Assembly (NCBI RefSeq): GCF_963921235.1
Contig: NC_086108.1
Coordinates: 67,272,001-67,336,000, forward strand
Length of the DNA stretch: 64,000 nucleotides
Direction: 5' to 3'
DNA from: Mobula hypostoma
Taxonomy: Eukaryota
Shown here piece after piece: positions 24,705 to 37,066 of the stretch. A program made the position numbers and the translations under genes. Numbering within the stretch: position 1 is the stretch's first letter; each line of letters opens with the position of its first letter. The notes below the pieces were generated by a model that was given only the letters and a program-made list of their open reading frames with translations, was not told the DNA's origin and searched no databases.

Positions 24705-25755
24705 TGCTCAACATTCAGCATAGAGTAATCATCCCCTCAGTACTCACCAACAAGCTTCAAATCTTGAGCCTCTGTACCTCCTTCTGCATCTGGATTTTTG
24801 ACATCCTCATTAGGAGACCATTGTCAGTATGTATTGGGAATAACATCTCTTCCCTGTTGATAATCAACCCAGGCACAGCTCAAGGATTGTGTTTGGCCAA
24901 CTCCGCTACTCTCCCTGTTCCCATGACTGTGTGGCTAGCCGCGGCTCAAACATCATCTATAAATTCACAGAGGACACCACTGTTGTTGGCAGAGTCTCAG
25001 AGAGCGATGACATGGCGTACAAAAATGAAATAGGTCTGATCAACTGGTGTCACAAAACAACCCTGCACTCAAGGTGAGTAAGACTAAGGAATTGATAGTA
25101 AACTTCAGGAAGGCGAAGTTGGGAGAACACACAGCAGTTCTCATTGAGGGGTCAGTAGTAGAAAGGGTGAGCAGCTTCAAGTTCCTGGGCATTAACATCT
25201 CCGAGGATCCATCCAGGGCCCAGCATATTGAGGCGATCTTGACAAAGGCATGCCATTGGAGATTCGGTATGTCACTAAAGACTTAGCAAGATTCTACAGA
25301 TAGAAAATGGAAAGCATACTGACTGACTGCATCACTGTCTGTATGAAGGTCTCAATACATAGGATCATAAAAGACTTCAGAGGGTTGTAGACCCAGCCAG
25401 ATCCATCACAGGCACAACCTTCCCCTACCATCGAGGACATCTTCCAAAGGCAATGCCTCAACAAGGTAGCATCCATCACTAAGTACCCCCACTATCTGGG
25501 GCATTCCATCTTCTCCATACTACCTTCAGGAGGGAGGCACAGGAGCGTGAAGAACCACAATAAATGTTTTAGGAACAGCTTCTTCCCCTCTCCCATCAGA
25601 TTCTGAATGGCCCATGAACCCATGGGCACTACCTCACTATTACTTATTTGCACTCTTTATTTATTGTAAGCTGATGAATCTCTTATGTCTGCCTATACAC
25701 CATCATAAGCAACAATTTTCATGGCTCATGTCAGTGGCAATAAATGTGATTCTGA
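24705..25755 (+). mobile_element. Rex1/Babar LINE 3' portion
   Basis: ORFs 24764-25033, 24889-25077 (HDCVA..IYKFTEDTTVVG) and 25047-25286 (KVSKTKELIVNFRK..VERVSSFKFLG); tail AATAAATGTGATTCTGA. Confidence 0.88.
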
Positions 25756-26289
25756 CCTTCCAGCTTACAGCCTAGGGGAAAGGACAGATTGTTACTCATG
25801 CGTGTGCGTGTAATAGAATTCTATGTATCTCAATAAATAAACAAATATTTAAAATGATTCCTGTAATTATATTCAGTGTAAGAGAAAATGCTGTAAATTG
25901 CGCAGATGTAACTAATCACCCATTTGCTTACGAGCAACTTCATCATATTCTAAGCGCACATATATTGACACAGAAATTATATTTACTATTACCACTTTAC
26001 TGTTATTGAACTGTCAAAAGTAACTTTACTGCTGTATTACTTGGTAAAATGCATGATTTGTGAAAGCCAGTTATAATATAAATTGTGTAAAAATTCACTC
26101 CAACTTTGCTTACTTTTGGTTTATTACATTCTTTTATTTTACTTTTCTTTTCTTTTCTACACTCAGAACTTTAGCTGTCATTTTACAGTTTATAACTGGT
26201 GTTAAGCTTGTTCTAAACTTGTTAGGTTCCTGCTTCCTGGTTTTCCTGAACCATCCAGTGTCTCTTTTTCAAGAAGGTGCATAAAAAGG

Positions 26290-26620
26290 GCCCAAATAAT
26301 CATTGGGGACTCGAGTCACCCCAACCACAAACAGTTCCAGCTGCTACTATCTGGGAAATGGTACCATAGCTTTAAAGCCAGGACCAACAGGCTCCGGGAT
26401 AGCTTCTTCCACCAGGCCACCAGACTGATTAATTCACGCTGATACAATTGTATTTCTAAGCTATATTGACTGTTCTGTTGTATATCTTACTGTACATACC
26501 ATTTAATACAAATTACTATAATTTGCACATTGCACATTCAGCTGGAGACATAACATGTAGAGTATTACTCCTCACATATGTGAAGGATGTAAGAAATAAA
26601 GTCAATGCAATTCAATTCAA
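26290..26620 (+). mobile_element. Rex1/Babar-like 3' end
   Basis: HPNH..QLL.SGK.Y.S..ARTNRLRDSFFHQA-like segment; tail AATAAAGTCAATGCAATTCAATTCAA. Confidence 0.7.
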
Positions 26621-28204
26621 AGATGACCAAGGTTCACTCAAATAATAGAATTCTGATTTTTGATTGGCCCCATTGACTATTTCCTTCGTCAATTTGAGTC
26701 AATAGCATTTTCTAACATGTTTTATTAACAGTGCCACTTGTTTTCTTTGTAGGAAGGAGTAGGTATTGCTATTAAGTCTGCCCTTTTAAAATATGAATGG
26801 AAATGGTGCCGCTTGTAGCCTGTGTCTGTTTTGTGTGAGATCCCAGGGCATCAGGATCATGTGCTATCCCTCTTTCAATTCATGCTATTTTGCAGATCAG
26901 AGTCGAGCTGAGTTGGGAAACATATAGTGGCCTTTGGGCAGATGGTGAAGTCAGCTTTGAAGGTGAATAAGGTGGAGTGGAATTATTAGGGCGGTAAGTG
27001 GAGAGGAGTGCAGAATGATTGGGGATTGTTAGCATGATGATCTGGAGAGGGGGAAAGTCAGGGAAGATGCATGGGAGAGAAAAAAGAATATCGGGTGAGG
27101 GTCAACAGTAGCAGGGATACTGATTGAGGTTGATGGTGTCAGAAAGTCCAATACATCATAAAAACACCTTTCTAAGGAGGTGAAGGTACAACTCACAAAA
27201 CATGAATGGGATGGAATTCCTACACCCTCTCTGGATTTCTGTAGCTTCAAAAACCACTCAACATCACCCAATGCAAAGGAGCAACAGTTAGCATTCTCAA
27301 TATTCCCAGTCCTGCCAGTATACCATGACTTTAGGATGCATCTACAATGCACACCATGGCAAACTGCCAAAGGTCCTTCTACATCTGTCATATAGGAAGG
27401 GTACCAACTTTCCACTCAAAGAATTCATACTGAGTTTTCCCTTTCAAAAGAACACTAGTGCTCAGTATCTCTTTTCGAGCTGTAAATGCTAATCAATCTG
27501 TACACAAATTAATTCTGAATCTACATCCCTGTATTCTATACCAGAGCCAATACCTGTGCTGATAGTACAGATTAAGTAAGTGATGCCTTTGCTAATTTCT
27601 GCCTAAGATTTGGCCATACCTTTAAGAACTCTCCAAAAACAAACAGAATGATATAACAACCGAATGACCCACTCACCCCTTTAGGAGGGACAGCCCTGAT
27701 TTCAGTCAGTACCACTTAGTCTGAACCAGCACATGCAAATCACATTTGGCCTCCTTGGATTGTACTGGGGCAGTAAGAAATGTGGTTAGCACTCACCAGT
27801 TGCTGAAGTAATTTTAAGAAGGTTACATCATGAATTTTGCACCTTGCCCAAGGTCAAACAAGCATCTGCTAATTGTGCACATGTAGGTATATTTCCCTGC
27901 AGTGTCCAATTTAGTCTCCCTTGAATGGACTCAGAATTTTGATAATATTGTACCCTAAATTTGAACTGCAAATATATCAACAAGCCACTGAGAATTATGC
28001 TACTTTTTAAAAAAAACTGCTGGAAGAACTCAGCAGGTGAAGCAGTATTTATGAAGGCAAAGGGATGGCCAGTGTCTTGAGTCATGATCCTGCATTAGGA
28101 CAGTTTGTTTTATGATCCAGATTTCAGCATTTGCAATCTCTTACGTTTCCATTATTCTGCCCCATATTGTATGATCATCAACAAACCAGTTCATGTTCAT
28201 TCAC

Positions 28205-29090
28205 AATCAAGAAAAAGTCTGCAGATTCTGAAAATCCAAGCAACACACAGGAACTCTGCAGGCCAGGCGGCATCTATGGAATAGAGTAAACAATCAACGT
28301 TTTATGCCGAGACCCTTCATCAGGACTTGAGAAAAAAGATGAGAGATGAGAGTCAGAAGGTGGGGAGAGCGGAGGAAGAAATACAAGGTGATAGATGAAA
28401 CTGGGAGAGGGGGAAGGTTGGAATAAGAGGACAGGAGGTCATGGAAGAAAGGGAAGGGGGAGGAGCACCAGTTGGAGGTGATAGGGAGGTAAGGAGAAAG
28501 GTGAGAGAGGGAAATAGGAATGGGGAATGGTGAAGGGGGGGGGAGGGAGTGGCCATTACTGAAAGTTTGAGAAATCGATGTTCATGCCATCAGGTTGGAG
28601 GCTACCCAAACGGAATATAAGGTGTTGCTCCTCCAACCTGACTGTGGCTTCATCGTGACAGTAGAGGAGGCTATGGACTGACATGTTGGTATGGCAATAG
28701 GAAGTAGAATTAAAATGGGTGGCCGCTGGGAGATCCTGCCTTTTCCGGCGGACGGAGCATAGGTGCTTGGCAAAACAGTCTCCCAATGTATGTCAGGTCA
28801 CACCAATACACAGGATGCTGCACCAGGAGCACCGGATACAGTAGATGACCCCAACAGACTAAGAGGTGAAATGTCACCTCAACTGGAAAGACTGTTTAGA
28901 GCCCTGAATGGTAGTGAGAGAGGTGGTGTAGGGGCAGGTATGGCACCTACTCTGCTTGCAAGGTTAAGTACCAGGAGGGAGATCAGTGTGGAGCGATGAA
29001 TGGCCAAGGGAGTCGTATAGGGAGTGATCCCTTAGAAAAGCTGAAAGGGGGAGGGAAGATGTGCTTGGTGGTAGGATCCCGTTGGTGATG
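28205..29090 (-). mobile_element. Penelope-like element 3' portion (GIY-YIG region and terminal repeat)
   Basis: ORF 28556-28786(-) GDCFAKHL..QDLPAATHFNS..RLEEQHLIFRLGSLQPDGMNIDFSNFQ; degenerate hammerhead at ~28291-28328. Confidence 0.88.
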
Positions 29091-29385
29091 AAATTCAGGT
29101 TCAGATTCAAGATCAAGTTTAATTGATATTCAACATGAACACCTATGAATACAGCCAAACAAAACAGTGCTCCCCTGGGGCTAAGGTGCAGAATATAGTA
29201 TAAACAGTCATACACAGCACAAGGCACATATAACATACATAGGATAACATTAAACATACAGTCACACAAAAAATATATAATATAGCCCAAACAACAGGAA
29301 TTCTGCAGATGCTGGAAATTCAAGCAACATACATCAAAGTTGCTGGTGAACGCAGCAGGCCAAGCAGCATCTATAGGAAGAGGCG

Positions 29386-29423
29386 CAGTCGACGTTTCAG
29401 GCCGAGACCCTTCGTCAGGACTA
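29386..29423 (-). ncRNA. Minimal type I hammerhead ribozyme motif (intact core)
   Basis: Minus strand reads TAGTC-CTGACGA-AGG-GTCTCGG-CCT-GAAA-C-GTC-GACTG. Confidence 0.8.
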
Positions 29424-30267
29424 ACTGAAGGAAGAGTGAGTAAGGGATTTGAAAGCTGGAGGGGGAGGGGGAGATGCAAAATGATAGGAGAAGACAGGAG
29501 GGGGAGGGATAGAGCCGAGAGCTGGACAGGTGATAGGCAAAAGGGGATACGAGAGGATCATGGGACAGGAGGTCCGGGAAGAAAGACGGGGGGGGGGGGT
29601 TGACCCAGAGGATGGGCAAGAGGTATATTCAGAGGGACAGAGGGAGAAAAAGGAGAGTGAGAGAAAGAATGTGTGCATAAAAATGAGTAACAGCTGGGGT
29701 ACGAGGGGGAGGTGGGGCCTAGCGGAAGTTAAAGAAGTCAATGTTCATGCCATCAGGTTGGAAGCTACCCAGACGGAATATAAGGTGTTGTTCCTCCAAC
29801 CTGAGTGTGCCGCATCTGCTCTCAGGATGAGGCTTTTCATTCTAGGATGAGGGAGATGTCTTCATTTTTTAAAGAAAGGGGCTTCCCTTCCTCCACTATC
29901 AACTCTGCTCTTAAACGCATCTCCCCCATTTCACGTACATCTGCTCTCACTCCATCCTCCCACCACCCCACTAGGAATAGGGTTCCCCTGGTCCTCACCT
30001 ACCACCCCACCAGCCTCCGGGTCCAACATATTATTCTCCGTAACTTCCGCCACCTCCAACGGGATCCCACCACTAAGCACATCTTTACCCCCCCCCCCCG
30101 CATTCCGCAGGGATCGCTCCCTACACAACTCCCTTGTCCATTCGTCCCCCCCATCCCTCCCCACTGATCTCCCTCCTGGCACTTATCCGTGTAAGCGGAA
30201 CAAGTGCTACACATGCCCTTACACTTCCTCCCTTACCACCATTCAGGGCCCCAAACAGTCCTTCCAG

Positions 30268-30594
30268 GTGAGGCATCACTTCACCTGTGAGTCGACTGGG
30301 GTGATATACTGCGTCCGGTGCTCCCAATGTGGCCTTTTATATATTGGTGAGACCCGACGCAGACTGGGAGACCGCTTTGCTGAACATCTACGCTCTGTCC
30401 GCCAGAGAAAGCAGGATCTCCCAGTGGCCACACATTTTAATTCCACATCCCATTCCCATTCTGACATGTCTATCCACAGCCTCCTCTACTGTAAAGATGA
30501 AGCCACACTCAGGTTGGAGGAACAACACCTTATATTCCGTCTGGGTAGCCTCCAACCTGATGGCATGAACATTGACTTCTCTAACTTCCGCTAG
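30268..30594 (+). CDS. GIY-YIG endonuclease domain of Penelope-like retroelement (3' fragment of a truncated ORF)
   Basis: FTCESTGVIYCVRCSQCGLLYIGETRRRLGDRFAEH..VATHFN..LEEQHLIFRLGSLQPDGMN: VIY-x-CxxC-x-YIG with the conserved R, H, E and N residues. Confidence 0.9.
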   Translation: MRHHFTCESTGVIYCVRCSQCGLLYIGETRRRLGDRFAEHLRSVRQRKQDLPVATHFNSTSHSHSDMSIHSLLYCKDEATLRLEEQHLIFRLGSLQPDGMNIDFSNFR

Positions 30595-30890
30595 GCCCCA
30601 CCTCCCCCTCGTACCCCAGCTGTTACTCATTTTTATGCACACATTCTTTCTCTCACTCTCCTTTTTCTCCCTCTGTCCCTCTGAATATACCTCTTGCCCA
30701 TCCTCTGGGTCAACCCCCACCCCCCCGTCTTTCTTCCCGGACCTCCTGTCCCATGATCCTCTCGTATCCCCTTTTGCCTATCACCTGTCCAGCTCTCGGC
30801 TCTATCCCTCCCCCTCCTGTCTTCTCCTATCATTTTGCATCTCCCCCTCCCCCTCCAGCTTTCAAATCCCTTACTCACTCTTCCTTCAGT

Positions 30891-30928
30891 TAATCCTGAC
30901 GAAGGGTCTCGGCCTGAAACGTCGACTG
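30891..30928 (+). ncRNA. Minimal type I hammerhead ribozyme motif (intact core, one stem I mismatch)
   Basis: TAATC-CTGACGA-AGG-GTCTCGG-CCT-GAAA-C-GTC-GACTG. Confidence 0.75.
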
Positions 30929-32115
30929 CGCCTCTTCCTATAGATGCTGCTTGGCCTGCTGCGTTCACCAGCAACTTTGATGTATGTTGCTTTAATATAG
31001 CCCAAGTCGCTCAGTCCACAGATACTGTTGGCAAGAACAAGTTCACAGACGTACATAATCTGGCTTGACTTCCATTAAGTGAATGGCCTTATCCACGCAG
31101 TTCTCCTGCCATCAGTCCTGCCATTATACCAGTCAACCAGGATTACAGCATTCCACATTACCAATGTTCAACAGGGTCTTGCAATCACAAGAAAAATGAC
31201 TAAGACAACCACTCACTGTTAGACTGCGTACCATCTCCATGCACCGACTTCGATGACTCTCTGTAGCAGGCAGCAGTATGGCCTGTACCAAGTCTCGCTC
31301 CTCTGCCAAGACCAACTCACTGATGGAGTAGACCTGCAGTACTTGAAGTTCTTAATTTCTAGCCGTCCCTTGCGATTTATAAAGAGATGCTTTAAAAGGG
31401 CAAATACACCGTTAATTGGTCCCATAGAAGCCACAGTGACAAAGCACACTTCCATCTTACCGGAAGGAACTAAACCAAAGTCCTGACTTTGTTTTTAATG
31501 GGATCATTCAACAGGTTACATGTGCACTTCTTAAAGAATAGTGAACGTTTTGCAGAAGGTAGGTAAAAGCAATTCAGTTGAGCAAAGCTCACAGTTTTAC
31601 AAGCTAATGCTTCTGCTGCTTGGCATGGCTTTGAAACCAGTGTGCTACTCTACTTCTCAACTCTTTCTCTTTAATTGTACACTTGGCTATTCTCTCTACC
31701 TCCTTTCATCAGTCTTTGCTCCAAAAACACTGAGCCATTCTGCTTGGCTCTCTATGCTTACTTAGCTTGTTCTCACTGACATTCTCAATAGATCTGCAAC
31801 AATCACAAGTCATCAGTGTTCTTTCTTTTAATTAAGTGTTTAATTATTTGGATTGTTATTCAATTGATTTTAACTCATAGGAGCCACAGACTTCAATAAA
31901 ACCTCTTAGAGAATTTCAAATCTTGGGTTAATTAATTTTCCTCATGAAGCTCCTATTTCTATTCATCTAAGTTTCACAAGCAAAGGATCAATTCTCATTT
32001 AATTTCTACAACAATACCATTCCTAAATTAATTTCCCCCACCAAATCCATGTACTCTACATCATTTTCTGAAGCAAAACCACAGTCTTTAATTCACTTTC
32101 CCTGAAAAGCTATTT

Positions 32116-32375
32116 ACTTACTTACTTAAGCCCATCACCCTTAAAGGGGCACCACAGGCCACGGACAGCAGCTCACCAGAGACCTCTGTCCTGAGCCTGT
32201 CTTTCAAGTTATCCCCAGGTGCAATCCATCTTTGAAAACCTTTCCTCTCCCAGGAATGAGGTCAATGGAGCTTCTGTTGCCATATCTGTAGCATTGGTTT
32301 TTACAGGATGGGATTGCTACCGCCATGCCCAACACTCCTCCTTTCACAGCGAGGCTCAGGACCATCCATGCAGAG
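32116..32375 (-). mobile_element. RTE-like non-autonomous fragment
   Basis: (TAAG)n 3' tail on the minus strand (TTACTTACTTACTTAAG) with an adjacent RTE-like 3' region. Confidence 0.45.
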
Positions 32376-34122
32376 CTCTGAAAAGCTCCCATACTGAATT
32401 AATTCATCTTCCCCAGTAGTAATGAAATTACTTTTAATTTTATTTTTCATCTGAAACGATGGGGACATTAGGATCATACCCTGATGAATGTTTATCAAGC
32501 CAAAAGATGAATCCTTCACTCTTTCAGCTTTATTAAGAAAGTGTCTTGAAGTTTGTCTTGGATTAAATGATAGTTTACACAACTGTTTTCTACTAATTGA
32601 TGACTCACTGAGTCGAGGGAACACCAGCCCTTGTCCCAGGCCGCATCTGAACAATTCTTTATTAACTTCAGAACTATGAGTGTTAACACCTAAATATAAA
32701 TATTGAGTGTAAAATGACAGAGTAGGTTCGGCTAATATATTGATTAAGTAGCCACACTGAATAGAGTAAATTGTTTCACAAATAAATCAACATTAATTTA
32801 GACCTCATTTAGTTTACCAAAATGAAAATTTTGGCATAAATTTATGTCATCAATTTAAATGCCCGAAAAACTAGCCTGGCCATATTTCAGGCCAAAACTG
32901 CTCTTTTGAATTAACTTTGATGATGACAAATGGGGACCCTGGATGATGCCCCAAACATTAAGCTTGAACTCCAGTGTCACTGATTCACGTACATAGAGGG
33001 TCATTGGCCCGTGGGTCTCCTGTCCGCATGGAACTCCAAACCTGGAACTGACGACTGACATGAAGGTGCATTAGAGTTGTGTATTTAATGCTTGAGTAAT
33101 ATTGCAAAGATATTGTTTGATTAAGCATTCTGTTTCATTTAAATAACATTATGGGTTATATGTAAAAGTATTTGAATGGCATACGTCATCATGCCACGTC
33201 ATATGTGCACGTATCGCTAAAAGTAAAAATGAAACTAAGGCACGCCATATTGGTTGAGTATTTCCTTTCAATTAGATTTATGTTTTAGAGTTTAAAAGGT
33301 AACAATGGCAATGAGGAAGTTTTAAACATACCTGAGATGACTACTTACCTGCTGATGCACAGTGAGGCATTTGAGTTGAAAAAAGGCAGAAAACAGACAA
33401 ATTCCTGGGTTTATGAGCACCAAGTGATAATAATCATAAATTTTTAAAAAAACAGAAATGGCTGGCTACATCAGAAAGATACACATATTTGATTGTACAA
33501 TAGACAACTGTATATTGTATACTGAATAAATTGAGCAGTTTTTTGAAGGAAGTGATATAGCCAATGAAAAATAAGTGCCAGTTTTATTGATTGCATTGGG
33601 TGGAACAGCATACAGTTTGCTCCAACCAAACCAGCTGAAATTAGATTTACAGACATTGTGAAAATAATGCAGGAACATTTAGAACCAAAACCAATGTTGA
33701 TTGCAGAATGCTTTAGGTTTCATAAGTGGCATCAAAAGGAAGGAAAGTCTTTCAGCTTATGTGGCTGAATTGAAGAAGTTGCCTGAGCATTATCAGTTCA
33801 GGACTAGCCTTAATGATGCACTGAGAGATTGTTTAGTTTGTGGAATCTTACAAGAAAGCATTCAAAAATAGCTCCTAACTGAGGTACAACTCACACTTAA
33901 AAGAGCAGTTGAAATCACTGTATCAATGGAAACAGCTGACAGAGATGCAACTGAGTTGCAGTCAGGAATGAAAGTGAACATGAACAGAATTGCAACCTCT
34001 AAACAAAAACCCACCTGGCCAAACAGATTTTGTTGCTATTGTGGCAGGGGCCCACATACACCAGACCAATGCAAGTTTAAATGTGAAACTTGCAGAAAAT
34101 ACATCAAAGTAGGACACATACA

Positions 34123-34765
34123 GGAGGTGGGAGGAGAAGATGGCAATGCGACACATCGCTTGCAGCTCTCTGGTGAAATGATATTGTATTTGTAAGTAGG
34201 ATGCCATGCAGAATTCTGATTTGATGGAGACAGATGTGAGAAGCACAGAGGAACATCTGGAGAAACTTCTGAAATGCCCGGTTCGCTACCGCTGTTACTG
34301 TGCGATTGAGAATCTCTGGAGGGAAGGCCCCAAAATCCCCGGCTTTGCCTGCTGCTGCTGACCGAGGTTGGGGTCGAAGCATTCAGCAGAGATGGTGCTC
34401 AGTACTCGGTGTCAGAGGGCTGGTCGGAGGCTCGAAGTTTTCGGACAACTCAGAGTCGGACTGTGGTCGGGCATGGCAGGGAGAGTTTTCTTCCTTCTCC
34501 CGTCTGCGTGAAATGTGGGACTTTCGAGAGACTTTGAACTTTTTTACTGTGTCCATGGCCTAGTCTTCATCAAGTTATGGTATTGTTGCACTGTTGTAAC
34601 TATATGTTATAGTTATGTGGTTTTTGTTAGTTTTTCAGTCTTGATCTGTCCTGTGTTTCTGTGATATCACACCGGAGGAATATTGTATCCTTTCTTAATG
34701 CATGCATTACTAAATGACAATAAAAGAGGACTGTGTGTCCTCATAATGTAATCTAAGTAATCTAA
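34123..34765 (+). mobile_element. Non-autonomous LINE-derived/SINE-like insertion in Gypsy gag
   Basis: Starts GGAGAAGATGGC, ends AATAAAAGAGG..AATGTAATCTAAGTAATCTAA; interrupts gag right after GHIQ with ACATA on both sides. Confidence 0.7.
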
Positions 34766-36522
34766 ATACATAGAGCAAGTCAGCCAGGAAAAAAGAAATA
34801 GCACGGAGAAGAGAAACAGATAAAGAACTCAAGTTGCTGTTTTAAAATAGCACCAATCTGCATGCCGATGAAAAATATGTTAATGATGAGAGTGATGCAG
34901 GACTGAGTATCCTTAAGAATTACGATGTGCAAACAAACAAGAGACAAGCAATATGGCTTACGACAAATTAATTAAAATGGAACTTGACACTGCTTCAGTT
35001 GTTTCAGACTTTTCACAAAAGGAGTTTGAGTTTCCAAAATACTGATATCCAACTAAGAACTTATATGGAGAAAAGATAAGTCCTGTGGGAAGTGACATTT
35101 CTAACAGAGAAATACAACAATCAACAAGCCACTTTGGGTTTGTATGTGGAAAAAGTAGGGCCAGCGTTGTGGGGCTGTGATTGGCTGAGACAACTATAAC
35201 CTGATTGAAGATACATCCACCCTTTGCATGCCACATCCCCTGTAATAGAGTCAACTGAAAGCGAATTAAGAAAGGTAATGGATAATACCACAGCAGTGTT
35301 CAAGGGTGGCATTGTAAAATTCAAACATATCAAGGGAAAAGTAGTGTTAAATGAAACTGCCACAACCAAGCTTTACAAAGCCTGTCCAGTTCCTTATACC
35401 ATTCACGATACTAGTGAGCTAGAACATGGAGACTGAAGGATCTTTTTCAAAGACTGAGTGGAGCCCATGGGCAAATTCAGTTGTCCTAATAGCCAATAGC
35501 CAAGAAGAGTATGTCTGTCAGGATCTATGATGATTTTAATATCATCATCAGCCTAGTACTGAAAGTAAATCAATACCCTCTGCCCAGGATACAGGATATC
35601 TTTTCAAACCTTTTTGGAGGAAAACACTTCAGCAAAGTAGACTTATCTGAGTGGACCTACCTGCAGATGGAAATGTAAGAAGAACCTAAAGTGCTTCTCA
35701 ACATAAACACTCACAAGGGCTTTATTGCTATAATAGGCTGATTTTTGGAGAAACATCTGCAGCTGCACACTGTCAGAAAGCTATATGGAGTGGGTGCTGC
35801 AATGCTGCCCTAACACTCAGTGAGACCTGGATGACATCATTATTACTGGTAAGGACAAGAAGGAACATCTTCAAAATCTCCAGATACTGTTAAAAAGATT
35901 AGAAGATTATGGGCTCAGGGCACAACACAAGAAGTGTGAATTCTTTCAACTAAGCATCACTTACTGTGGTCATGCCATTGACCGCACAAGTATTACACAA
36001 GTGTGCTGAGAAAATTCAAGCACTGTCGGATGCTCCAAGTCCAAAGGATGGCGATCCTTTCCAGGATTTGTCAGACACTATAACAGGTTCCTGCCAAAGG
36101 TGGCTACTGTGCTCCACACCTTGAACTGCAGAGCGGGAAGAAATGGCAATGGACTACGCAGTGTGAGGTAGCTTTCAAAAAGGTAAAGGAAATGTTGACA
36201 TCAGACACTGTGTTCATACATTATGATCCACATCATCCAGTGAAGCTTACCTGTGATGTCTTGCCTCATGTTATGACTGTTAGAAGTGACTGCCCATGGC
36301 CTTTGCATCACACTCTCTTACTGCTGCGCAGAAAAAATATGCACAGATTGACAGAGGCCTTGAGTCTGGTTTGGGGTGTAAAACATTTCGAACAGTACTT
36401 GTATTGGAGAAAGTTTGCCCTCATTACTGATCATTAACCACTGGTCTCTAACTTCACTCCACAGAAGGGTGTTCCAGTAACAGCAGCATCACAAATGCAG
36501 AGATGGGCTGTCTCTTGGACAG

Positions 36523-37066
36523 CATAAGACTATAAGACCATAAGACATAAGAACAGAATTAGGCCATTCAGCCCATCAAATCCACTCCACCATTCCATCA
36601 TCGCTGATCCCGGAACCCACTCAACCCCATACACCTGCCCTCTCACTATATCCCTTGATGCCCCAACCAATCAGCAATCTATTAACTTCTGCTTTGAATA
36701 TACCCACAGACTTGGCATCAACCACAGTCTGTGGCAGAGCATTCCACAGATTCACCATTCTTTGGTTAAACAAAATTCCTTCTTATTTCTGTTCTAAAAT
36801 GTTGCCTCTCAATTTTGAGGCTGTGCCCTCTAGTTCTGGATACCGCCCACCAGAGGAAGCATCCTCTCCACATCCACATTATCTAGTCCTTTCAACATTT
36901 GGTAGGTTTCAATGAAGTCCACACACATTATTCAAAATTCCGGTGAGTACAGGCCCAAAGCTGCCAAATGCTCGCAGTATGTTAACCCCCTCATTCTCAG
37001 AATCATCCTCGTGAACCTCCTCTGGACTCTCTCCAATAACGATACATCTTTTCTGAGATAAGGGGC
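36523..37066 (-). mobile_element. CR1 3' fragment inserted in the Gypsy RNase H region
   Basis: CATAAGAC-type tail repeats and antisense RAFHRFT segment (ORF 36655-36915). Confidence 0.85.

Larger units (their letters stand above)
29291..30992 (+). mobile_element. Young Penelope-like element with ~490-bp inverted terminal duplication
   Basis: Arms 29322-29809 and 30504-30992 are near-identical reverse complements; 13-bp TSD TAATATAGCCCAA (29278-29290, 30993-31005); ORF parts 29805-30167 and 30268-30594 offset by a frameshift in the poly-C run. Confidence 0.95.
29091..31465 (-). mobile_element. Rex1/Babar-like non-autonomous element, split by the young PLE
   Basis: Antisense 3' tail (TTCAGGTTCAGATTCAAG) at ~29095; resumes after 31005; probable 5' end CCGGTAAGATGG at ~31462. 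Confidence 0.45.

Noticed and set aside
29340..31068. Many overlapping ORFs such as MLVNAAGQAAS.. and MHLPLPLQLS.. (also at ~4017, 5506, 44048)
   Set aside because: Translations of the low-complexity, non-coding PLE terminal repeat on both strands.
31219..31486. Overlapping 77-78 aa ORFs as a host exon
   Set aside because: Better explained as the 5' end of a Rex-like element; no domain recognised.
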